A stretch of DNA of 64,000 nt, from NCBI RefSeq assembly GCF_040938485.1, contig NW_027270912.1, positions 620,001 through 684,000 of the forward strand, written 5' to 3'. This DNA is from Diadema antillarum (lineage: Eukaryota). Below, piece after piece: positions 12,501-25,200 of this stretch (the first letter of the stretch is position 1; each line of letters starts with the position of its first letter). A program made the translations under genes and the position numbers. The notes under the pieces are model-generated. The model was given only the letters and a program-made list of their open reading frames with translations. It had not been told where the DNA came from and did no database searches.

Positions 12501-15500
12501 TTTTAACTCTGAAAGTAATATTTTCTTTTTCTTTTTATGAATGTTTTGTTTATATCTTCAGGGTGCTACATAGCTTTTTTTTTTTTTTTTTTTAAACACT
12601 TGCCCGGTCAGACAAGCAGATTTTTATATTGTTGCAGAACGTGGATGTTACTCGTCCAAAAAGAAAGTCCAAAAATGTAAGAAAATGGTATAGAAAATCA
12701 CTCAAAGGCTTGATAAAACCATGAAGATACAAGCTCCGTGACGAAACACATTCATTTGAATGAATGCACCCATTGATTCAAACTTAAACACATTAGAGTA
12801 ACAAACTTGGTTCGATCAAGTGTTGGTGTGGCATTGCATTGGGGCTTCTTCACGTAAGTGTTTGAAAGTTGCTGAAATGAATTTTTAACCTGCTGCATTA
12901 CTAAACAGTTAATATCTTTTGTATGGCTGACTTTGTGGGTTAGAAGGGGGAAAAGTGAAAGAATATGGCTTCAAAACTTTTTGCTTACCCAATTGGGGAA
13001 AGCATTTTTTTTTTCTCATTGTTCCAAAAAACTCGCCCGACTTTGATTCTCACTTGCCTCAGGCAATTGGGCAAGCACTTATGTAGCACCTTGATCTTGT
13101 AGTACACTAAAAATGCAACTGATTGACAAATTGCCCTCCATCGACGTAAATAAGCACTGAATTGATCAGTGTTATAGTAGTAGCCATGATAAAAAATCAT
13201 GGGCGTACATACTCGAGCAGGATTCGAACCTACGACCTCCTGATCACCGGACAGGCGTCATCTCCACTAGACCACCGAGCTTTCGCCCGACAGCAAGTGT
13301 TGGTTCTAATCCTTATAGCATGCAGCGGGTACTGCTTTTGTTATTCAAATTCATGAAAATTCTTCCGTTGACGCCTGTCCGGTGATCAGGAGGTCGTAGG
13401 TTCGAATCCTGCTCGAGTATGTACGCCCATGATTTTTTATCATGGCTACTACTATAACACTGATCAATTCAGTGCTTATTTACGTCGATGGAGGGCAATT
13501 TGTCAATCAGTTGCAATGAAAACACCTCGACGGAAGAATTTTCATGAATTTGAATTACACTAAAGTTGTTGTTTCCACTGCATGTTAAGCTTTCATAATG
13601 GCAGAGATGTCTGCAATTTTGAATGCTTTGCATTTGTTAAAATGGAAATGGCATAATCTAAATCGAATATCTAGATCAGAGCTACTCTATTTTTAGTGAG
13701 TTTATTATATTTTTGTGAAATAATGTGCAGGCTGTTTACCAGGATCTATCTCAAGTCAACATCCTGGGTGAAAAGTCACTTGAGCAGCTCAACTCCCATC
13801 TTGATGAACCGGTTACAATCCGCAACTTCCGACCGAACATTGTTGTGCAGTGTGAAACGGCTCATGAAGAGGTGAGTGAATTCTCGGTCTTGCCAATGCG
13901 CAGAAAATGCGCACGCTGAAGAGCTCTATCACAGATGCACTGTGGGATTCCTCGGTGCCCTTCTTCGCTTCAGGTTGTCTCACGCGAGTCGCAGTTCCCA
14001 TACGATTCAGTGGAGTTATTTGTCTGCTTTTCCATTAGTACCCCCTTTTTTCTTGGCTATAAGAGTTTCTAAGTTTTACTGATTTGCAGTCACTAGAGTC
14101 ATGGTTCACTACTGCAAGGCTTCAATGTGCTGGTCACATGATGGAAAGCGAAGAAATCTTCAACAAAAAATACCTCTGGATAAAGACAGAGTGTGATCTG
14201 AGTGCATGTGCAGCAAAACTGGGGCAAGTTTGTCCCATGAGCTATCCCATAATACATCTAAAACGCTGCTCTGCGCACAGCATCAAGGTATTGGTGATAT
14301 CGAGAATTGCAGACATGAGGAAGTACAATACTAAAGTTCTGTGAAAAAAGGCTCACTTTTTTGCACCATGGAAGACATCAAAAATTTGGGATGCACCTCA
14401 TAAAGAACACAAGAAAATCTTGGCAATGGTATCCAAACCTAATGTATGTCAGTGTTAGATTACTTGGATTTGGCCATTTCGTAACATTCCCAAATGCCTT
14501 TGTGGAAGAATGAGATAATGAAATGTAAATGTACACAGCTGTAGGTTACATTCTCAAATTAAATGGCAAACTCTCCATAATCATTGAAACTTTTCCTTTT
14601 CTTCCTTCTATCAGGATAAGTGGAAGTATGTGCGTATAGGAGACAGTGCCTTGATGAGGATAACTCACAAATGTGACAGGTAGGTATTGAGCAGTATGAT
14701 TTGTTGGATGATGGCATCCGCAGTCAAACTGGCAAAACTTTGTGAAGTTTGACCCGTTAAAGACTAGTCCCAAGCGTACTCGGGCAGTTGTCCATTGAAA
14801 ATGCATGTAATAACAAAATCAGCTTATCCTCAACAGGTTTAATAAGTTCTTACAGTCTTGCCAGTGTGATCACAAACTTCTCCCAAAACTTCCTGTTCAA
14901 CTAGGGACATTTCCTGAACCCTCGCAAATCTTCTCAAAGTTTGTGCAGGCTCAATGCTTGCAGCTGAAACTCTACAAACTTTGTCATGTGAGCAGTCCTC
15001 TTCCTGTCTTTGTGCCTGCAAAGCATGCACTCATTGAGATGTACGCTTGTGTATTGTTTATGTGACAGTCGTTAGCTTGTATACGGTGCACTCTTTCTCT
15101 TTTGTTGTGCATGCACACCGGCGACTCTAAACTTCAAGAACTTATTGAGAACTGAAACTTTAAGAAGCTTGGCCACCAGTGTGAACAGACAAGCAAAATT
15201 TGCAAAGAGTTCTCGAAATTAAACTTTGAGAAGTTTTGCCATTTTGACTGTGGCTTTTGTGTTGGACTGAAATATGTGTCAATTGTAGAATTAAAGTGAC
15301 TGCGAAGATGAATTCTTTTACTGCCTTAAAAGCATTGTAAAATAATTGCATTGTAAGAAAGTGAATCTAAGGTCTATAGACTTGAAAGCAAGATTGGATG
15401 AAAAAACAGGAACTCGGGGGAATAAATCATCAGAAGATAATGAATGTAGTGTAACGAACCTTGGTACACGAAGCCATTAGCCAACATTCTTCCAATCCAA

Positions 15501-17001
15501 CCAGATACCTCCATGGCACAAGACTTTTGTATGTTTATGAGATTAATGTAGCTGGCAGAGCTTACGAAGTGGTCAATGAATTGATGTCTGTTTCAGGGTA
15601 GTCCAATATACATGTTAAAAAAATCAACAAAACAAAAATGAAAGTTTGTTGCATATGTGTGCTAGATGATGTTGTCATTCCGACAAACTGAATACAAAAG
15701 TTATGAAGACAGGACATCACCGACTGTTCTGATCTCCTATCCGGCAGAGATGCTCTTGTCCAGAACTGTACAATTCCTGCCTTTTCAATGGATCATTCAA
15801 TTTTCCTTGGACTTCACTAATATGATTTTATAGTTTTCATGCAATCGTTGAATTTCCATGATGTCATACATGTATGCATGTACACCGATAAGTACTATTT
15901 TTGTCAGTAAGATCTTTATGTGATTTAAAACTCTTCATGAATGAGAGAGAGATTTATATTTGTATAAAATCTTGTGGTCTCATTCTTTAAAAGTAATGAT
16001 GGACAGGGTTATCCAGTAAAAGAATTGTCCTGAACAATGTGCTTCTTCACCGTAGGTGTATGCTGACCACTGTGGACCAGGACAAAGGAAAATTCATACA
16101 GAATGGGGACCCACTGGCCACACTCAAGAAGTATGTACATTATACAAAGTATGCACTGTTATGGGCAGAGATCTTGTCGTGTGGTTGACACAACTTCTAC
16201 CATCAATTGTTTCAGTGTTACATATTACCTTTTTGAATGCATGATCAATGAGTACACTCTAAAAGTGTCTTTGCTCAAGACATGTATTTTTTTTTCTTTA
16301 TGCGCTTCTTCTCTCATAGATTTTTTTCCCTTTAAACAGTGAAGTGTAAGACGATGTTCGAGGTCATATTCAGTTCTTGTGACTGAAAGTCATGAGCCAT
16401 TGAGTGGCTTCAACTAGAAAACATTGCATGAAATAATTGAACAGTGTGTAATGAAAGACAAGTGCTAACTCTAAAGGAGACTATCATTTGAATATATACA
16501 TTATCATTTTCATCACATTCATTATGTATCATTATTTTTTGTCGTCCTCATCATCACAGTTTGTTGTCATCATCGTTGTGAGTATCTTAATAAGATATAG
16601 TTAGCTGCAGTTCCAACAACTAGCAAGCCCAACCCATGCTCAGGTAGCCGTTGATGTCTAAATAAATCGGGCAACACAGAATTGTAGCAATTTCATCAAA
16701 CTCAAATTACATTTGTCGAAGTCAGTTTGAAAATGGTATGAATTCCACTAAAAACTTTTTTACTTTCGAATCGGGTTGTTTTGTGGTTTATGCAGTCGTG
16801 ATCTGTGGCACCTCTCATCACTGTTCATTGTGCCTTTTCCCCCTTTTTGATGTTGTTCACTTGCATAGGATAAGGATGGCTCCACCCGACAGCCCAGACA
16901 AGAAATCGCACGGCTCTTCCCCACTCTTTGGAGTTAACCTGGCTGTGGAGTCGACTGGGGCCATCAAGCTAGGGGATGTCGTTTATGCCTCAATGGATTG
17001 A
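9576..17001 (+). CDS. MTARC: Mitochondrial amidoxime-reducing component (mARC), copy B, complete, 332 aa. Coding exons 9576-9811, 10222-10398, 11914-12085, 13731-13871, 14615-14679, 16056-16130, 16869-17001
   Basis: Exons sum to 999 nt (332 aa + TGA) with canonical splice sites. Motifs are HPIKSCRG, AVYQD, NFRPNIVV, KCDRCMLTTVD, SPLFGVNL and IKLGDVVY. An acceptor at 9551/9552 and a gtaagt donor at 9318 imply a 5' UTR exon ending at 9317. Confidence 0.96.
10960..11355 (-). mobile_element. Degraded L1/Tx1-type LINE ORF2 3' fragment
   Basis: The minus-strand frame ..LLYLLWQCPRAKAV.. resembles the C-terminal zinc-knuckle (HLFWxCPxAxxxW), and the sequence downstream is broken by stops. Confidence 0.4.
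11360..11727. mobile_element. MITE-like element in intron 2 of mARC copy B
   Basis: Termini are acagagacttcaac..ctcccgc and gcgggagagttggagtctctgt. The GC-rich core gcgcgaag..gcggccggggtccagggcc..aaggaccctgga is a repeat I recall from marine invertebrate genomes. Confidence 0.6.
13112..13555 (-). mobile_element. tRNA-derived SINE-like element inserted as a fold-back in intron 3 of mARC copy B
   Basis: The tRNA-like head (minus 13280-13210) has an A-box TGGTCTAGTGG and a B-box GGTTCGAATCC. There is a perfect 147-bp inverted repeat (13114-13260 / 13369-13515), a second 26-bp inverted repeat (13343-13368 / 13530-13555) and a flanking direct repeat tacactaaa (13103-13111 / 13556-13564). Confidence 0.85.
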
Positions 17002-20000
17002 TGTGATAGATTGATGTGATCAGTGTCTTCCTATTTTTTTTTTTTTTTTTTTTTTTTGGGGGGGGGGGATGACTTAATCATTTTGTAATTTTCAAGCAAG
17101 TTTACCAGATGATATGTTCACACATAAGCTCTTGGACCATATGGATTAAACTTATTGGACTTGTGGTATTTTGGTCGAAAATGGCAACACAATACAGGTC
17201 TGGTCTATTTCTATTGCTTTGTTTTTGTCTCTAGTGAGATGATTAGTGACTTTATCATTTACAGTATCTGAAGGGAACTTTGAAATGACTAACACTGAAA
17301 TAGTAGCCATGGGTTTCCACAGATTTGATTGAACACATTATAGTTTAGATACAGAGTCACACTATATACTGGTAAATCATTTTTACATGTCACAAGTAGG
17401 CCACATACTGGCATTGCGTGTACAGTAATAGAATTCTGTACACAGGTATGCAGAATGTTGCGCTTTTTTCATATGCAGTGTTTAGTGAGAATGCTTATGA
17501 AGGCAATGTAACATTAGGTTGCTGATACAAATAACATTTGTCTTGTGCCTTTGGAAATAACTGTGCTTGGAATAGCATTGTTGTTGCAGGGATAGTTTGA
17601 CGCAAACTGATCTGTATCTACAGCTCACCCTGTATATTGTTGAAAAAGTTGGTGTCGGTTATAAGTACATGTATGTACACATATGTATGTATCAAAACCA
17701 AAAACAAAAATCATGAAAAGAGAAAGTTATAGCATGTGCCATTGGTGTTGTATATACACACGTAGCTGCAAGCTTTAAATTGCATTAAAAAAAAAAAAAA
17801 ACAAATGATACAGTCTGCCTCTTAATACAGAAATGAGACAATATATTGTAAGTACCGTGTGCCTTAATGTAATTAGCTTAATAGTGATATGTGACCAAGC
17901 CTGTATTGGTAAGTTTAATGAAACTATTATCTGCAAATGACTTGTGATAATTGAAGGCAATGTGTTCAATGTAACTTTAAACAACTGTGCTGAATTTGTC
18001 TTCTGGATATATAATACCAGAAAAGGCATGAAGTATGAACAACGAAATTTTTCCCAATCACAACTTTAACACTACAATAGAGATTGGACCAAGTCAACTT
18101 GTTATAATCATACAGTAGTAAAAAGTACATGTCCATGTGAATGTGCACCAGATTTTTCCAAATTTCATGTACACTGTACTGGGTATTGACTGATTTATCA
18201 CTCGGTCAAAGTTCGAATCCTAGGCCAGTGTTAATCCCAACGGAGATGCAGTGACCCTCCAATCTGCTCCAGAGGTCACAAAATGCCTGCCAGAATCAAT
18301 TTGGGTCGAGAATTTACACTCATTGCCTCATAGCAGTGAAACTATGCATCATACGTAGGCACTGAACAAGTCAGTACACTCTTTACACTGTATAACTATA
18401 CATACCATGTTGGAAATGCTAATCAAGGTCGATTATGATGTGACACGAGAAAAAAAATACACTGTACATGTATATGAAATGTGGAATTGATGTTTGCCTT
18501 TAATACATTTTTTGCTGCCACTGCCATAAAGGAACTCTTGTTCATTTTCCATACATGTGTAATGTGTATTTCTTTAAAATGAAAGCACATGCACATCCTA
18601 GTTATTTTAGAGTGAGCAGTTCATATCTTATAGAAGGGACTACCTGAAAGAAATGTATGTATCTCTTTCCTTTATTCTGTCCATTTCAAAGATATGCATT
18701 TTTAGTGATTTTTTAAAACCATGTACACATGAATTTTTTTTTCTTGTGTGTATACATGTATCCCTAAAAACTAGCACTATACAAGTACTTGTACACTGTC
18801 CAGTTGAAGAATTCTCGTTATGTTATACTTCTTGCACAAGGTTTTCCAATTCATAGGGAGACGCAAGTTTTATACTGCTCTACAAAAGTCATATGTCACT
18901 TTTGAATTGTACATCATGAGGCTTCTATTTTTTATTGCTGCTGAAATATAATTTTCTGAAATGAAGACATTTCTGTTTTCTGTGTAATCACTACTAGGAT
19001 ATGCTGAAAAACATCTCAGTGCATTATTGATGACATCATGCCTTTCATTTCTTAGATTTGCATCTCAACTCGGGGCTGAGAGTCTTGAAACCATAGGCAA
19101 AGATGTGAGACATGTGAGACCAGATCCAGTCAAATCTACTTCACTGACCACTTTTGGCTCATGACCATGAACTGTTGGGGACCCCGGAAGACACTGAATG
19201 TCCTCAACGCAGTTTACTGTAGCACCCATCTCTCCAAATCCCACTTGTCCTCTTGCTTCCCTTTGTACTTATTCATAATACTTCTAATAAAATCCTTTAA
19301 AAAATAAGTCAAAACCAATTGCATCTCGGATGAGAGGCAGTGGTCTTGGAAGAATTTCATTTCATTACCTTGGCTTAATGAACCAGTATTCAGTACAGAA
19401 ATAAGGATGTGATTACGTCCAATTAAACATATTACATGTATATAGAAAGCAGGTCCAAGTCAATCACCATTTGTATCTTTGAAATACACATTAATGCACT
19501 TTGACATTTTGCTGAAATCTTGAATAATAGCAAGCCGGTGGAGTAAAACAGAGACAAATGGGGCCTGAGCTTATTACTCGATCCTAGCAGAATCTTCATA
19601 AGATGCAAAATGACAAACAGGAGTATCGCAGATCAATGAAAATGCAAAAAGTGTATACACTGTCGATAGCGAACACGATCATTCTGATGGCTTTGATGTC
19701 AACATCTGTAGTGATGTTGACAATGGAACTGCGGTGAAATGGACATGCAATTCGTACCCCCGACGTGAAAGACAGAAACCCACTTACTACAGTTTTTCAT
19801 GAACAGACTTGAACTTGACCATGATTAAAGACTGATTTATAGACTTGGAGGTACTGTAATTGGATGCATGAATCAAAGTTTAAACCTTGTGAGGTTAGAA
19901 AACACTAGACAACAAAAGTGTTGGTATGATATGCCCTCATCACTACATTTTCAAAATTACAGTTTAAAATAATTTCAGGCAAAAACAAAAAACTGAATGC

Positions 20001-20461
20001 AACAACAAAGAGGAATGAAGAAAAATGTATACTCTATATGCCAAATATTTCGTGAGACTTTATTTTTGCGAATTTTGCGAGTTGGGTGCTATTCGCAAAT
20101 TGAAAACAACACAAAATTATTAACCCTGATCCCCAACAAGAATGGATGTGCACGCATACATCTCTCTGTTCAGAAATGTACTTTTCGATTGCAAATTTAA
20201 CCACGAGCTAAATTGTCCGGAAGTCCTGATTCGCGAAATATTAGACTAGCTAAATATAGTCCTCCATAGTTATGATAAACCCGATATGTGAACAAAAGAT
20301 GCATTGTTGGATACCAACACACTTTGACAATCTTTTGAGGATTTTGTAGGAAATCAAATGGAATTTTGAGCCAAGGGGGAGAGATATGTATGAAGAATTA
20401 ACAATACGACAGTCATCATTTCCCTTACTTGCTCTACTCATCACAAGAAGATTGGAAAGAC

Positions 20462-20722
20462 GTGGAAAATAAAACAAATTTTCTAGGTAAAATGTTGGAT
20501 GGTTTAAAAGCATGTTAACAAGTAACGGTACAACATGTTAACAAAACTATTCGTCCATACACCCTTTTCTGACACACAACCATGCCAACAGAATGTGGAA
20601 AGTAAAACAAATATTCTAAATATAATGTCAGATGGTCTAAAAGCATGTTAACAAATAACGGTACAAAATGTTAACAAAACTATTCGTCCATACACCCTTT
20701 TCTGACACAAACACGCCAACAA
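20462..20722. repeat. Tandem duplication, two ~133-bp units
   Basis: aaaagcatgttaacaa.taacggtacaa.atgttaacaaaactattcgtccatacacccttttctgacaca occurs at ~20507 and ~20639. Confidence 0.9.
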
Positions 20723-21154
20723 GACAATGTTTTCACCCGCAATACTGCAAATGAGGTTTCACGTATTGTAAGTTTGTAATTTTTATGAGTTGTGTGAACA
20801 CGGAATATACTAACAAATGCATCAAATGATGAACATCAAGTTTCATGACACTTTCTGTAGTTCTCACTCGTGATCTAGTTGCATTACAGGACTAGCTGTT
20901 ATCTCATTGTAGTAAGTTCCGTCGACTCTGAGAACTTTCCACATCATTTCGGCTGCTTATAGTTCATCGTCCATTAGACTTGCACAGTGACTTAAGCCTC
21001 CACATTTCTGTCAGTTTTTGTCAACACATGTGCAAATGATGCTTGACTGCTGTACAGATCTCCCAAGTGTGGACCGGCTGTAGATTGGCATGCGCCAGTA
21101 TCATTCCCAAACTTGCCATTTATGTAAAGTTCATGTCGAATCAACCCACATTCG

Positions 21155-22205
21155 TCATCTTGACTTCTTTGATGGGCCTGGTGAATCTTCAGCTTTCCTC
21201 TTTGCTGGAGAGGATTTGGCTGCAACAAGACAGGAAAATAATGCACATGTCATGGAGAACAAACATAACACACAGATTGCCCATACACTAACATGAATAC
21301 AGGTTGTATCTTGTAAAGTGTACAACTTTACATGTTAAAGTCTTCCCTATGTGCTCATATTTTGTTACTTTCCCTTTGTCAGAATTTTGTGCCACAAACA
21401 TTCGGATTGAACAAGGTTGTGCATTGTATTGGCACAGTTATACAATTTTATCTAATAAATGAAGTAAAGTTTTTGCCTATGTATACTGATTTAGTGGACT
21501 AAAAATTCAACATGTCACAATTCAGTATGATGCCAGTAGCCAACATAAAGACTTCCAAACTGTAAAGTCAAAAGTGAGATGAGGACACCACTTTTTTTGG
21601 CTCATTTATTCAACATCATGATTTTTGCCTTGTTGATGTGTCAAATGACCCCATTTCAATGGGTAAAAAGTAATTACTGTAAAACGAGGAATATTCACAT
21701 GCATTTTAATTTCACGAATTTCGCGAGCGGCAACATTTACAAAATTAAAATGCACGCGAAAGTTCTTGCCTACGCAATATGCATTGGATGCCAGTGGCAA
21801 GTCGCGAAAATTTCATGCTGTGTGAAAGGCTGTCGGCTCAAATTCGCAAAATTTTCATGCTGCGAAAATATTGTGTTTTACAGTATCATCAGGGATTTGC
21901 ATATTTGAATCTAAGTTTGGAATGATCACATGATGAAAGTGACCATAAATTCGGAACATTCATGTCTGTTCAATAGAGGGTAAATTTTGATACGTAAATC
22001 AATATTGAAAGGTAAATTGCTAATGCATGGAGTGCTTCTCACCTTCTTCTTCATTCTCCCAGAGCGCATTCCTGACAAATCTCTTTGCAGCATCTTTGTC
22101 CAGTTTGGCCGCTGGCAGAAAGGAACAGTATCTGACTTCAGCATGTTTTCATTATAAAATGCACTACATAAACTAGCAGATGCACATGTACTTGTGACAG
22201 GGAAT

Positions 22206-22274
<69 letters not shown>

Positions 22275-25200
22275 CAACCCAACAACAATATATCTAACAG
22301 GACTTTGAACAACATTTCAAGAATATTTTGATTTTCCTTTTGTATTTTTTTTTCTAAGTATAAGGATAATGAAACATAAGATTGTGATTCCCTGCGTTCA
22401 CATTGGTCCCCGTGACGCGGGGACAGCCACAAGCGATCTTATCTTTTTTACGACTGACCGTTCACATTGGTATCTCATCTGTCCCTGAGCTGTGGGGGCA
22501 TTTTGGGGCTTGGAGCGAGCTCTGCCACTTGAATCCAAGCATAGCGCATGCGCACATTTGATGACCACAGCTGGACGCTATCAATTGCGCCCCAAGGTCA
22601 CTCTCCCCTCCAAATCTTGTCCCCGTACCCGATTTGCTTCGCGGGGACGAGGGGACAAGTCCCAGTGAGCGTTCACATTATAGTTTTGGAGGAGAAAGTC
22701 CCGCGGCATGGGACTTTCCCCGCATCGTGGGGACCAATGTGAACGCGGGGATAGATTGTCATCATTGTACAAAAATTCATATATACATGTACGTACATAT
22801 ATAATAGACTTCAGATGCTTGGGGGGGGGGGGGGATCGGAGCCCCTTGCTGTGAATTCAAACCACTCATCATTGCCTTGCTGAAGGTTTAAACATTTGCC
22901 ATACATGCATTATTCATACCTGCTTATGTGCTACTGACCAGAGGTTTGTCTTCTTCCCCCTCTAAAGTTTGAAAAGTGTGATGTTGAAACGATGACATTA
23001 CAGCCTGCATTTCACGAGATTTGCTTCCTCGTGAAGTACACTTTCATTTAGTCTTCACGTGCTGCCAAAATCTCTGGACTGCATCATACTCAATTGGTGC
23101 ATAACCTATAAACTGCACTTGCCATTATTAAACTTTACTGTTTTATGCATGGAATGCAGCAACAGCCTCTGGATTCAAGTCTGTGAGCTGTTCATTCTTA
23201 AGTCTATGTGATGTCCACTTTTCTCGCACATCTCAGGTCAATTCATGAATGACCCAACACGTCTGAACTCACCTTTCTTCTTGTCCGTTATCTCTTTGAC
23301 TTTGCCCATGTATTCCTGTATCCTGCGCTGTAGGTGAACCAACCAATACAGGGTACAATTATAAGAAAGAGTACTTGCAAATGCATAATAAACCTGGTAG
23401 GTTACCTTATAAATTAAAACGGATAATAAAGTCTTTTAATTGATTTGATTTATTCCTCATGCTTCACAAAATACAATATTCGATAACATCACATAACAGG
23501 TATCACATTGAGTCTTTCCACTTGGACATGGAGCATCAAGAGAGAGAAGTTCTGGCCATCTCTAATCAACTCAAGCACCTCCATTGGAGACTTAATGAAG
23601 TCAACAAAGAAATCGATAACGTAGCGGAACAGCCATTGAAAGTGCTTGGTCATCCATAGTCTCCCCAAGAACCAGAACGAGCGCACAAATGCAATCCTCT
23701 CACAGTTTGCTAAAAAGGAACTTGGCATTGGCCTCTACACCAAGGACATCGACACAGCCATAGACTTGCACAAAGACCTCCATTCACTGTTGAAAACACC
23801 TTAGAAAATGGACCACTGAATCTGAGAACAATAATTTGTAGTATTCTCATTAATACACTACATAATAGACAGCAAAAATTTCTTGAAACATAACATGCAT
23901 GCATAGCGATAAAGTTATTCAAAGTTTGCTTCTACTATTAACAAAAACAGGAATACAATGTACCAGAGCCTTTGACATGAAATATGCGCTGAATTACAAG
24001 AGACTGTCAACAGAGCTGCCTATGTCACTTGGTATACATCATATTGTGCATGAATCGCTGGGACAGAATATTACAATTTTCAGAAACACAAATATTACTT
24101 ACTAAATTATTACATTATATGACAGAAAAATTCAGCTGCAAGTCTTGCAACATGCAAGAGGAAATTTGAACACATAATTCCCATCCTGCTCACTGCAAAG
24201 TCACCACTGGTTGCGGATAAAGGATCGTATCAAGTTTCAGGTTCTTTCACGAGTATTTAAATGCTTTCGTGGAAATGTCCCTGCCTATCACAGTGAATTT
24301 AGTAAAGCCATATATCAGTCTGGTTGCAATGTATATGTAGAGTCCAAAAATCTCCTCTCCGAAATACATAGTACTATGTATGTGTGAAATCCAGGACATT
24401 TGACGACAGAGTGTTTGTAAAAATAATATCAGCTTAAGCAGTCAACATTTTGCAGATTTTGAAAAACTCCAATGAATACTGATAACTTATCATTTTGATT
24501 ATATTGTTGTTACGTTATGAATGTTGAAATCTTATATTATTATATTCTTATGGTACAGGCAACTCCTGTTATAACAAAGTCCTTGGGACCAGCAGTTTTC
24601 TCATTATCTTTAAATTTCATTATAGTGGAACAGCAAAGTGTACAAAAATAGCAGATCATGCTACTTCTGCGACATACACCTATACATTTTTACTTTGTTT
24701 GAACAAGAATTTTGATACCAGCAATCATGTTCATTATAACAGGAGTGCACTGTATTATTCTTTTCTGAGAATTTATTATTAATATCATAATTACCAACTC
24801 TTGCTTGATAGGATGCTGCCTGGGGTCAACGCCTTGTGTGCAAAGATACACTGCATAGGGGAAAAGGATAATGTCACTGGTAAAGAATACATCATTATAC
24901 AAATACAGAACACTGATGACAATCTGGTTCGACACAAACATACATGAATAAGGTATGAATATAATGTGTTCATCACTCTAAAGCCCATTTTAACAACAAT
25001 TACAAAAATGGAGTTCGACATTGTGAGCCATTGAATACAACAAAAGGAGATTAAAGTTTGGCCAGGTTGATTTCCTTTAAAAAGTTAGGACATTACTGTA
25101 TATCCATATTCTTCTGTTCTAATTCCATGTACAATAAGATTAATCAATGTACTCGCGAAGCACATAAGTGCCAAGGAAAAGATGCCATAACTTTTCACCT

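Noticed and set aside
13210-13280. Bona fide tRNA-Thr(GGT) gene
   Set aside because: It folds as a cloverleaf but has a mismatched anticodon stem and an anticodon atypical for eukaryotes. It continues into a non-tRNA body inside a duplicated, TSD-flanked insert, so it is a SINE-type head.
1-17001. The two mARC copies are an uncollapsed-haplotype assembly artefact
   Set aside because: They are in inverted orientation, their introns have different lengths and different TE insertions, and exons diverge 5-12% with structured amino-acid changes. The N gap between them means long-read confirmation is still desirable.
22020-22043. Alternative C1D C-terminus by read-through of the exon 5 donor (GEKHSMH*)
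   Set aside because: I saw no poly(A) signal nearby, and the spliced last exon gives a basic NLS-like tail typical of the family.
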